Assembly: GCA_013265495.1 (NCBI GenBank)
Contig: MU061578.1
Location: 4,597,308 to 4,661,307, forward strand
Direction: 5' to 3'
Length of the DNA stretch: 64,000 nt
Source: Vicugna vicugna
Taxonomy: Eukaryota
Each line of letters begins with the position of its first letter. Position 1 is the first letter of the stretch. Positions 38,401 to 50,400 of the stretch are shown here, piece after piece. A program made the position numbers and the translations under genes. A model generated the notes under the pieces. It made no database searches. It was not told the origin of the DNA and saw only the letters and a program-made list of their open reading frames with translations.

Positions 38401-41400
38401 AATATAGGTATTAAAATAGACACGGGGGAGAGGTAGAACTTGGTGGTAGAGCGCATGTTCAGCATGCATGGAGGTCCTGGGTTCAATCCCCAGTAACTCC
38501 ATTAAAATCAATCAATCAGTCAATCAAGTTACCCACCCCACCTCCAACAAAAACATGGTCCATCCATACAGTGGAATATTATTCCGCCTTAAAAAAGAAG
38601 TAAATTCAGGGGGAGGGTAGAGCTCAGAGATAGAGCACGTGCTCAGCAAGCATGAGGTCCTGGGTTCAATCCCTAGTACCTCCTCCATTTAAATAAACAA
38701 ATAAACCTAATTACCCCCCTCCAAGGCACCCCCAAATTACATACAGATGAGCAAAGATGTTAAGAGGTAATTCTATATGAATGTTTGTTACTAAATTGGA
38801 AACCAGCCAAGAAATTGAGAAATTCTTAAAAACATAAAATCGAAATACTTTCAGAAGAAAAAAACTAGGTATTTAAAAGTCTGTCAATGATTGCTCCTCA
38901 CAACCAAGCCCTGCCTGCCCCACATCAGTGGCCTTTTGTTACTCAAACATCCTTCACTCCTGCTGCCCTAAAGGGGACACTGACAGGGCCTAGGTAGCCC
39001 CAAGAGGTCCTTTCAACAAATGAGGGGCTCAGAGGCCCAACAACTTCACCCCAACCCTGCACTGGACAGACAGCACAAGGATGGCCCCAGACCGGGAGCA
39101 GGGCCCTTGCCCTGGGCTCCTCACTGCTCCCACCCCAAGGAGCCAGGCACTCACAGGCCAGTGCGCAGGTCCATTTCTCCCAGAGTGTCCTGCGTAGGGA
39201 CCAGGCTACTGACCCCTTCAGCCAGGATCTGCCGGATCAGGTCTTCATCTATAGGGAGCAGAACATGTCATGGTGCCTTCCTGGGGAGACTGGAGGACAC
39301 CACCCTCCCCACCTCTGCTCACCTGAAGCTGAGAAGTATTTGGCAGGGGAGGAGGGACTGACTAGGGAGACACTGTCCTCCTCTGGGCCCAGTGTGCAGC
39401 CCATCTGGCCCCAGGCCAGCCGCTGCAGGGTGCTGCCCATGACAGATGGGTCACTCAGCAAGTCTGGCCAACTGAGCGTGCCTTCGCTGGATGGCCAGCA
39501 CACCAGGCTGCAGGTGACAGGTCAGAGAGAGAGGAGCCCAGGGGAACTGTGTGCGCAGACACCCAACCCAAGTCTAGGCCCAGATGGACATGCAAGGCTG
39601 CTAAATGCACACACTCCTGGGCCAGGTACACAACACACAGCCAGCAACACTGGATGAGGACACACGACAGGGCACATGTGAGGTACAGCTAACCTACATG
39701 AGAAACATTTTCCCTAGGGACCCCCACCTTTTAGAATCCTCCAGAAATAAGTCCTGTTTCACTTGTCCAGCAAAGGCCTGTTGAGAAGAACAGAGACAGT
39801 CTGACCCCGGGCTGCCCAGAAAGCAGCCCCTACCCAGGCGGACCCTGGTGGAGCCCTCACCTCTGCACGGAGTCCTGGGAACGCAACGACGGAGCTGTCC
39901 AGCACAGACGAGTCCAGGCAGCTGTCCACATCCAGTGCCTGTGGCCCCACGGGGGTGGGGCTCGGACCCCCAGCCACCTGTGAGGAGAAGCCGGTGGGAG
40001 GCAGCTTAGGCCTCTGCACAGGAGGCATGCTCCCTCCTGAGCGGGCAGTCTGGAGCACTGCTGTCCTGGTAAAGGTTCTAGAATAAGGCACGCATTCTAC
40101 ATCTACACTGTCCAGCACAGTGACCACTAGCCACGTGCTGCTACAGAGCACCTGAAATGTGGCTGGCGTAACAAAGAGACTGAAGTTTTAATTTAATCTC
40201 ATTTTAATTAACTTAAATGTAAACAGCCACACGTAGCTAAAGATGACTGTACTGGGTTCCTGGGGAAAATGCCACTTGGTCGTGGTGCGAGATCCTTTCT
40301 CACGAGGGTGGACTTGATTTGTTGCTATTTTGTTGAGGATTTTTGCCTGTAGGTCCCTAAGGGATGGTAATCTGCAGTTTCTTTTTCTTGTCACATCTTT
40401 GTCGGCTTTTGGCATCGTGGGATATTTTAGGAAATGCTCCCTCTTAGGTTTTTTGAGTTTGTGAAGAATCGGTGTTGATTCTTCCATAACTGCTTAGTAC
40501 AATCACCAGTGAGGCCATATGGTCTTTTCTTTGTGGGAGGTTTTAAATTACCGATTCAACTTCTTTACTTGCTACAGGTCTGCTCAGACTTCCTATTCCT
40601 TCACGTGTAGGTTTTCGTAGTTTGTCTTTCTAGGAACTTGTCTGTGTCTCCTAAGTCACCTTACCTGGCCAGGCCTGTCTGTGAGGTCAGCAGGGATATC
40701 CCCCGTTCATTCCTGATTTCGACTCTGCATTTCTCTTTCCCTGGTTCAGTATAGCCAGTCTGTGTGGTTGACCTCAGTGACCATCCCTCTCTGGCTGCCG
40801 TACTGGACAGCACAGCCCTTGGCGGGGGCAGCGGTGCCCATGCTCCATGAGCTCCGGGGCCCCAGCCCCACCTACCTTGCTCCGGGACATCCGGAAGAGG
40901 AACAGGATGGCCAAGTAGATGGGGTAGACAACCACACTGGACACCAGGCCAACAGCGACTGTATCGAAGCTCAGAGGGATCAGATTGGACACAGGCCCCA
41001 GGCTGTAGCCAGAGAGGAGAGAGAGCAGGCTGGGAGAGGCGGGGAGGGGCAGGAAGGGTTGCACAGAGGGAATCTGTCCTGACCCCCACAGGCGCCCACC
41101 TGTAGGCAGCATCTCCCACAACGCCATACCACACAGCATTGGCACCCAGAAAGAGGCAGATGAGGAGGACACAGCATGTAGCCCTCTGGACACGAGTGAA
41201 GCGGCTCCGAGGTGGCCGGTCCCATATTGAAAGCCAAATGTGCTTGTCAAAGAAGCCGCGCTGCAGCTCAGCCACGAGGAGCCGCCGGAATCTCCGCAGG
41301 GTCGCGTCGCCTGGGAAAGGGCACAGGACAGCTGCAGGAGGTCCAAGGGCAAGGCTGCCCTCAGCTGCCTAGTCAGGATGAGGCCTTACTTGCTGCCAGC

Positions 41401-44400
41401 ACCTCCTTCTCCACCAGGCCCCCGTTGGCCTCAGTCTCCACCGACAGCCAGTCGTTAACCAGGAAGAAGGTGCTGCGGGCATTCTGCAGGTCCCTGACGA
41501 TGACGTGCTGCAGGAACCAGGCGGGGCTGAGTCCTGCAGAGGGGCCAGGGCTGGGTCAGGGGGTGGAGCCGCTGAGGGGGTGGGGCCGGGTCAGGGCGCC
41601 AGGGCCAGTGGCCTGAGGAGCAGCAGCTGGTGCTGCACAGACCTTTGTTGTCATGCCACACGCGGATCTTCCACACACTGCCCAGGCTGTGCGGGGTGGC
41701 GATCTGGAAGATGTCCAGGCTGTTGCGGTGGAAGGCTCTGTCCCCGTCCAGGTGCCGGTGGCCACTCCGACTGTCTGCCCCGTACAGCATGATGCCCACA
41801 TGCGCTGTGGTACCTGGAGGATGGAAGGAGAGCAGGCAGGTCTCTGGGTGCACTGCCCAGCAGATACGTGACCCCGCAAGCCTGCTCTGTCAGCATCCTT
41901 CACAAGCACAAGAAGTCCTATACAGACCCGTATCAGTTGCCTCAAACTGTTGTAACAACAGCTCCCAATGACATGATTCAAATGCCAGTTATTATGATTC
42001 GTTAACTGCGAGTAACTGCCTGAAACATCAACACAGCTGCCAGCCCTTCGGTCTGCTAAGTAAATAAGAGATGCACATCCTAAGTGGTGACCAATGCTGT
42101 CACCCCTTCAAAAGTCTGCTGGTGACCAGTCGCCATGGAACTATCAGTCCCCACACAGACCATCAAGCGTGTAGGGGTATCGCCTCCTTGTCTCCAGTGA
42201 TAAACCAACATTTTACAAAAACGTGTCATCATCAAGAGAGGGGGTTGGGAGACCAACAGGAAAGCAGAGAAATGAAAAACAGTAATGCTGTGTGGACTAC
42301 CGAGCCCCAACCTTACACAGCCGTGGGAAACCTGGTGCCCTCCATCTGTGAGAGTCCCTGTTAGGAAGGTGGCTCCCCTCACCTGAGCCCCGGCCCCAAC
42401 CAGTCTTGACCAGGATCTCATACTTGAAGCGGCCCCCCTTCCCACAGAAAGGGATGACGCGGACCCGGCGGACGTCTAGCTGGTCCAGCTTACGCAGAAT
42501 CCCAGCCATGACCGTGTAGGTTACCAGGCATACTGTACATGTCAGCAGAACAATGTAATTCATGCCAGAGGCCGGCTCCTGGGGAGACAAAGTCATCAGG
42601 GAGGCCCAGGAGGCACAGGCCACACCTCACCTGCTCAGGGCAGAGCCAGGGCTTCCCACCACTCACAGGGAAGATGAAGTGGACGTGGCTGGGGGGCACA
42701 AAGAGGCTGGCGCCAAAGGCGGTGAGGTGGCGGGTGAGGCAGACAGCCTGGCTGGGTGAGGTCTCCTCCAGGGGCACCAGCCCTTCTGTCCGCCACGCCA
42801 TCTCCTCCTCACTGAAGTACTGGCAGAGGGACGTGTAGAGACTCACAGACACCTCCAGTGCTGACCAACGGAAGTGGCTGGTCAGGTTCAGGTAGTAGCT
42901 CCTGCCCAGGTCTCCTGTCCTGGAAGAGGGGAGGGGTGTTACGGCCAGACCTGGCCAGGTCTGCCCCCACGGGGAGGCCACCGGCCTCGACACATAGGGA
43001 TCTGATCACAGCCACCCTCTTAGAGACCAGCCCCCCCAGGTCCTCTAGGGATGCCCCCCAGGGCAGGGACGCACTCACCCGGGGGCGATGAAGAGGGTGT
43101 AGGGCCTGTGGTCGTCCCCGGCCAGGGCCTCTGGGCTGATCCTCCTGCTGGCTGAGCAGTTGTGCTCATTGGGATGGGGCACTGAGTGCAAGTAGACAGC
43201 CAGGAAGGGCTCGGGCTCCTCGGGCAGGTAGAGCTCTGTGAGGGGCACGTGCAGAGTTGGACCCCCCAACCCTGGGCAGCTCACACAGCCCGAGAGAAAC
43301 CTGTGAGCCTTCCTAAGCCTCACACTGCACAGGCTGGGGGGCTGGGTGAGCCTCCCTGGTTCCCCCACTGCCTTCCAGCCAGGCCCCCAGGACCCTGTTA
43401 AGCAGGAGACTGACTTTCCCAAGTCCCAGAAGAAATGTTCACCCAGGCCATCCCTCACCACCCCCACACAGGCAGGGCCAGGGGTAGGGGGAGGAGGTGG
43501 CCCACTGAGTGCCCCGCCCACAAAACCCACCGTTGAGCACCGTGTAGGTGAGCTGCAGGTGCAGTCCAGCCTCCGGGTTGCTGTTCTCAGGGGTGACCAC
43601 AACGCTGACCGAGGCCTGGGGCTGGATGACGGCAGAGCCGGCAGGGAGGTGGTGGCCGTGGGCAGCCTGGTCTGAGTTGTTGGGCACCTTCACCGTGATG
43701 GCACGCTCTGAGGCTAGCTGCCTGATAGGGATCTGGGCACCAGCCTGTGTCTGGAAGGCCATGGACGCCACCTTGGTGGAGACGGTGTAGTTGCTGATGT
43801 AGCCAAAGGGAAAGGGATTGGAGTCGACAAGGAAGATAAGCTGCACCACGTCACTGAGGTTAGACAGGGCCCCACTGAAGGCCGTGGGGATGGAAAAGTG
43901 GCAGCCAGGGACCGAGGCGTTGCCCTGACACAGCAGGCTCAGCGGGTCCGAGCGCTTGCCCTGCGCCACAATCTCCTCACCCGCCAGGGTCAGGGGCTCC
44001 TCGTTGAGCACACGGGAGCGCATGAGGATGCACATGAGGGCTGACGAGAGGTGGTAGGCCCTGGATGCCACCATCAGTGATGGCAGCTCAGCCCCCAGCT
44101 CTGACGGCTGCGGGCCCTGCATGTCTGAGCTGGCCAGGTGGATGAGGTCGCCTGTGGATGCGGAGAGATTAAGGAGAGAGATGGGGGGAGAGATCGGGGT
44201 TGGGGGAGAGATCGGGTTAGGGGGAGAGGTCGGGGGGCAGTTGGGAGAGAAGAGGGAAAGGTTGAGGAGAGAGGTCCAGTGGGAGAGATCAGGGGTGGGG
44301 AAGAGGTAGGAGGAGGGGTTGGGAGGAAAAGATCTGCAGGGAGAGGTGGGAGGGAGGTCAGGGAAGGGAAGAGAAGGGAGGGAGAGGTCTGGGAGAGGTT

Positions 44401-47400
44401 GGGGGAAGGTCTGAGGGAGAGGCGGGGGAGACAGGAAGCGGGGAATCTGGGGAGCACTAGTCGTCCACACCTGTGATGTTGAGGATGCTGTCGGCAATGG
44501 CAGTGGGTGTCCCAGTGCCCGCGGCAGTCTCCGCCTGAAGGATACGCATCATGCCCTCCAGCTTATGCAACGTCTTCTTCAGGCACGAGCGACACAACAG
44601 CCCCCTGCTGGACACCTGCAGAGCGCCCAGCGCCACGTCCAGCCCCTCCCCAGCCAGCTGCCCAGGGCTGGGCAGGGGGCCACTCAGGGGCAGTTCTGCC
44701 TGCATCTGCCCCTCGACCCAGCTCGGCTCCACCACACTCACCATGTTTCTGGGGCAGCCTCTGTTAACAGTGGCCTTCCCCCTCCGCTGGGCCTCCCTAA
44801 ACCACCCTTCAAGTTGCAGTTAGAGAAACCGCACCAAATATGGCTCTACCCTGCTTGGAGGCCATCCGTGGCTCTTCCCCACATGTGGGCAGAGTCTGAG
44901 GTAATGTGGCCCCACTGGCCAACCCCGGACACGCACACAGCCTCGGGAGCCATGTGGCAGACAGGGCAACCCACACCCAGAAAGTTCTCCACTCCCTTCT
45001 CTTTCACTGAGGCCTCGGCAGCAATCCCCTGCCACCCTGGACACAGTGCCCGCCATCAAGACCAAGCCCAGCCCAGTGCCTGAGTCCCTGGTGAGGGTGG
45101 CAGGTGGCCTCTCAGGGCTGGATAGGCCCGAGGGGGAAGGCACAGAATGGCCCCTTCATATCAGCCTTCCCTACACCCAGGCTGCTCCTTGTGCCCAGGA
45201 TCCCTGCAGGCCTGTGGCTCGAGCTGGGAGGGCCGAGGACAAGCTCGTGGCCAGGAGACTCGGCTGGAAAGGAGCTCTGGGAGCAACAGGGTGGGTTGGC
45301 CCAGGGCTGCCACGGGGCCTGGAGCCTGTCCTACCGTGCACTGGGCCAGCGCAGCTGCAACCTGCTGAATGTCATCCACGGTGTTGACCCGCAGGGAGAC
45401 CAGTGTCTCCGTGATGTTCTTGCGTATCTGGGCACGCAGCTGCTGCTTGAGGTCCGGCTCTGCCACCATGGCCAGAGTATGTTCGTACTGTGGGCATAGG
45501 GAGCTGTCAGTGGGAGACAGGCAGCCCCACCAGCAGCACAGGTAGCCACAGGGCAGGCCATCTCAGCTGCTGCATCACACCAGCAGCAACTCGAGCCTTG
45601 TTTGGAGGGCAAAAGGGGGCTTTCCCAGGACCCCCTGCTAGGGGCACAGGAGAGGAGAGGCGGGGAGAGCCCAGTGCTGGGGAGGGCCCAGAGAGTCGGT
45701 GCCGCTGAGAGCAGGAGTAGTTTCAAGGAGCCAAGGGACAAGCCCTTTCCAAGGACCCGGTCAGGAGTGCTGGTCTGGGCCCCCGACACTGAGGGCAGGC
45801 TCCAGGAGGGGCTCCTCAGCCTGCACTGACCTCGTTGAGCACGGTGATGAGGGCCAGTGAGTACTCGATGACATGCTGGGGGTCGGCCTGTCTCAGCAGC
45901 CCAGGCAGCATGCTCTCTGTGAGGCTGTACAGCCAGAGCGTGAGGTCCAGCGGGCTGTCGGCAGGGTCTCTGGGGGGCTCTGGCAGAGTGATGGCCAGAG
46001 AGCTATGGGCAGAGGCCATGTGTGAATAGGTGGCAGTCCCTTCTCCCAGCCCCAGCCAGGCCCTGCCCCCACCGGCCAGGCTTACTTGTTGAGTGCAACC
46101 ACAGCTGCACCCAGCTGGTCCTGCACAACCACAGCCAGGCCTACCACAAAGCGAGGTGCAAAGCCGGGCGGCAGCACAGCCCCGTAGGTGGAAAGGCTGC
46201 CCTTGTAGACACGGAACTCTTCGCAGTGGCCTTGGCGACAACGCCGCAGCAGCAGGGCATACACCAAGGGAGCACCTGCGTCTTCCGCGTCCTGCCAACC
46301 TGTGGGCCCCCAGAGCGTCACCAGGGTCTCCATGTGTCCCCATATCACCGGCGCCCTGCAGCCATACTCACCTACACACTCGAAGTGCACCTTGGTGATG
46401 AGAGCATGCACAGCCTCGAGGGGGAAGAGGCGGCAGGAGCCCCCCAGTGGAGGGCGGTTGGGGGAGAGGCTGATGGAGGCGCAGCCCTGCTCCTCGCCGG
46501 AGCGGCCCAGCACTGTGAGTGTGAACGTGTAGCCCTCACCGTCCCGCAGCACGCCACGCCGCACCACTAGTCGCATGCCCGTGCTGCCCGTGGATGTGGT
46601 CGTTTCATCCAGCACCAGCGTCTCGTTGCTAAAGGTGCGTGCCGCCCAGCGCTGAGGGGGCACATGGACCACAGGTACTCAGGAGTGGGTCCTCCCCAGG
46701 ACCCCCACCTTTGGTCCCCCAACCTGGGCCTCGCCCGCTCACCCCTCGTGTGGAGCCCCCGCTGCAGCTGTCACAGCGACCCTCCAGGTACACGTAGGAG
46801 CTGCGGCTCACAGCATACACGGCCTGCGCCTTGCAGGACACGCACTCCAAAGACACAATGGGCACCCGGCCACTCCGGATCAGCACCTGGGGATCAGGTG
46901 GGATTAAAGGGAAGCCATGCCCACCATGGCCAGGACCCCCACACAGGGGTTCTGCTCCTGAGGCCGACCATTGAGTCTGCTAGTGCAGTGGGGAGGCAGT
47001 GGGATCCATGGAAGAGTGGGGCCTCTGCTCTCCACATATACTGCTGCCACAACTGCAAAAGCTCCTCGCAGGCCCGGCCAACTCCTAAACCAGCCCGCAG
47101 CCCAGGTTCCCAAGGACCGTGCGCTCAACATTTACCCAGTATATTTGTGTGGTTTTATGTCTCCCATTCTTGGGGGGAGGATCATTTAAAGGAGCAGAGA
47201 CCACAAAGGGCTCATTTTCTGCAGCATCCAGGGCCCAGCTTGGGCCTGGTACACAGGAGGCACCCGACAGGTGCTCACCTATGCCTGGATAGATGAATGA
47301 CCATGGCTCTGGGAACACGGACACTGCTCTACACAGCTCTGTCCGAGGTTCCTGCTGCTCTGCACTGGGGTAGGGCTCACGTCAGGCAGCTCCCAACGGC

Positions 47401-50400
47401 TCCTCTGAGCAGGACCCTCCCGGGGTAAGCTAGCTGGGAGACGCCTGGTGCTTGGGACAGACACCCCATTCCGAACACCAGCAGGGCCTGGCACATCCGC
47501 TCCCATCACAGCAGCAGGAGTGGTGCCATGGGGTCAAGTGCACGAGGTCCTGAACTGCCAGGCCAGTCAGGGGAGAGAGTGAGAGTGTATACCCACACAG
47601 GGTTCACAGAAGGGACACCGTGCTCTGGGGAGGGGACGTGTCTCCTCATTGTCAGCCTTCAGTGTCATGCGGACAGGGTATTTCTCACAAACCACTAGAA
47701 CCTGTACTGTGCTTCTTGGCTCGAGTGCAGCTGTGGTCCTTTCAGAAGCAATGCCAGAGAAGCATCTTGTTAAGTAGACTTTATGTCAAAAGTTGTAATA
47801 ATTTAAAGTGAGTAATACCTGGAAGCACTAAAACATAGAAAACTTTAAAAATGGGTGCTCATTGCCATATGTAGGCAGGGGTCCTGTGCACTCAGAACTC
47901 TGGGGCAGCGCCCCCACCCCAGAAGGCCTGAGGCTCTGCCAAGGGCTTGGCTGGGGCAGCACCCACCGTCTGGTTGGTGGCCTCCTCCTTCCGGCCGGCT
48001 TTCCACACAGTCAGGTTGAAGGTGTACTCTACGCCAGCCTGCAGGCGCTCCCGCGGGATGGTGACCACGCTGCTCCCACGGGGCCCGAAGTTCAGTACAC
48101 ACCCGCCAGTTTCACTCTGTAGCCCATAATGGGGGTGGGAGGTGAGACTCTAGACCAGCCTCCCAGTGGAGACTGGCCCAGGGGAAAGCTGGGAAGACCC
48201 TCCCCCTTGCTGGGATCAAGCTGACCACTAAGACGTCAAGCAGACCAAAGAGACTACCAAGCTCATTCACACAAATGACTGAAGGCGGACCAGGAGGGCA
48301 GCCAGCCTTGGTCCACCATGTGACTGACCTGTGTCGAGGCCACGCAGGCCCAGTGGAAGCTGAGCGGCGTCTGGTCACCATCCTCCAGGTTGGGGTCATA
48401 GGACTTGCTGCCATTCAGCACCAGGTCTTGAGTGTCTGACCACACTCTGTAGGAGCCACCCTCAACAATGGGCACCAGGCGCTCAGGGGCCACGGTCACA
48501 TTGGCCTGGATGCTCCGTGCAAGGGGTGTGTCCCCAAATGACACCATAAACACGAAACAGTAGTGGCCCACGGGAAGTGCCAGCCGTGGTACCACCAGCT
48601 GAGGCCGGCTCACATCCACGCCAGGCAGAGTCACATGGGTCATGCGCCCAGATCGCTGGCAGCTAGTGGCACGGTACACCTCCCAGCGGTATTCAGTCTG
48701 GTAGGTGACACAGTTACGCAGGTCAACATGAGCCTCCAGGTAGTTGCGCTGGGAACGTCGCATCAGCACCTGCGGGGGCAGGGCCACGTCCACCTCGGGC
48801 TCCCTACAGGCCAACACGTGGACAGTGACTGTGGCCTGTGCCACGAAGAAGCTCACCAGGTTGGAGGCATTCACCTCTACATGGTAGTCCCCAGGCTGCA
48901 GGTAGGAATGGGCAGCCCAAGGTACCTCTGTGTCCTCAACCAGGGTCCCGTCGCCGAAATCCCAGCGGTAGGCCACGCGCCGGGGGCTGGGGCTGGTGGC
49001 AGCCTCGAAGCGGGCCGAGCGGTTGGTGAAGCAGCGGCTGCTGCGCAGCGCCACGTGCTGGATGACATCCTGGACCTCAACCATGAGTGTGCGGTTCACG
49101 CCACCCAGCTCGTTGAAAGCTCGCACGTGTATCTCCAGCAGCCCTGCAGCCACTGGGGTGTAGGTGACATCACGGCCCGACAGGATGACCAGTGAGTCCC
49201 CTTGGACCTTCTGTAAGGAGAAGTACCACGCATAGGCAACTCGGGTCCCCCGCTGCACCCGGGCCGTGAAGTTCCTCTCAGCGCCCGTGGCGATGGCCAG
49301 CTCACAGCAGTCGGGCACCTGGAGCCCAGCCACGGCCTCTAGCACCGAGATGCGCACCTGCGCCTGTGCCCGGCTCACGTGGTTCTTGGCCTGGACACTC
49401 ACTGTGTATTCCCCGACGTGGGGGAAACTTCGGGAGAAGTGGGGCCCAGGAAGTGCCTCGAGGCCAGCCACGCCCACCTGCAGGTGGAAGCTGACAGCCG
49501 AGCCGGTGGCCAGCAGGATCTGAAAGTGGATCAGCTGCCCAGGCTCTACCACCTTACTGCTGGCCCACAGCACCAGGCCCATGACTGGCTCCTCCACCGT
49601 GAGGTTGTGTGTGGCTATGATCCAGCTGACCGTGTTGGAGGCATTGAGCTGAATGGAGAAGGTGCCAGCGTCAGGGAAGATCATGGTGACGTGCTGGCCA
49701 TGCCTGTCGCCACCCGGCATGGCCCAGGACCAGTTCACATCGGTGCCCGAGGCCAGCTGCCCTGAGAAGGGCACGGTGGAGCCGGTTACCACAAAGCTGC
49801 AGTCCAGTTCACCGGCCCTGATGCTGAGGCCACTCACAGGCACCTGCACGGCCACTTCAATGGTGGCATTGGCTGAGCCCAGCTGGTTCTTGGCCATGAC
49901 TGTGACCAGGTGCAGACCGGGGGTGGGAAAGGCGAGGGTGGTGGATGGCTCTGGGGTCTCCCAGCTCAGCCCTTCCTCCAGAGACCAGGTGTAAGTGACA
50001 CCACTGCCACCAGCCAGCTCAGCACAGAGGGCGACACTTGTGTTGACAGCAGCTGGGTTTGGGGAGGCAGCCGCAGCCAGCCACCCAACAGGTTCCACAA
50101 AGTCCACAGTGCGGTTGGCCAAGGCACTGCCCAGCATATTGGTGGCCCGCAGCTGGATGTGGTAGGTGCCAGCCTCAAGCACAGTGAGTGAGAAGGCTTT
50201 GCCGCTGCCAGTGAGGGTTGGGCCGCCATCCCCCTGGGCAGTCCAGCTGTAGGAGATGTTGGTGCCGTCCCGGACCGCAGCCTGCAGCTGCAGCGTGCGG
50301 TTGGTGGGGAAGCAGCAGCTATTGCCGCCACCCACCACCTGCAGCCCCTCGATGTGCTGCAGGACATAGATGAAGATGCTGTCCTGGGCAGTGCCCACCT

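Noticed and set aside
38424-38740. tRNA-like A/B-box sequences as tRNA genes
   Set aside because: No complete cloverleaf; they continue into simple-repeat tails and recur as diverged copies, so they are SINEs.
44152-44497. Proline-rich N-terminal part of the 352-aa ORF
   Set aside because: It is translation of the intron-22 pyrimidine tract. The intron is 319 nt (not 3n) and the exon 22 frame stops (VDD*) just inside it.
46652-46742. Possible ortholog of human MIR6511 in PKD1 intron 17
   Set aside because: The 91-nt intron does not resemble the miR-6511 arms as I recall them, and its ends pair poorly.
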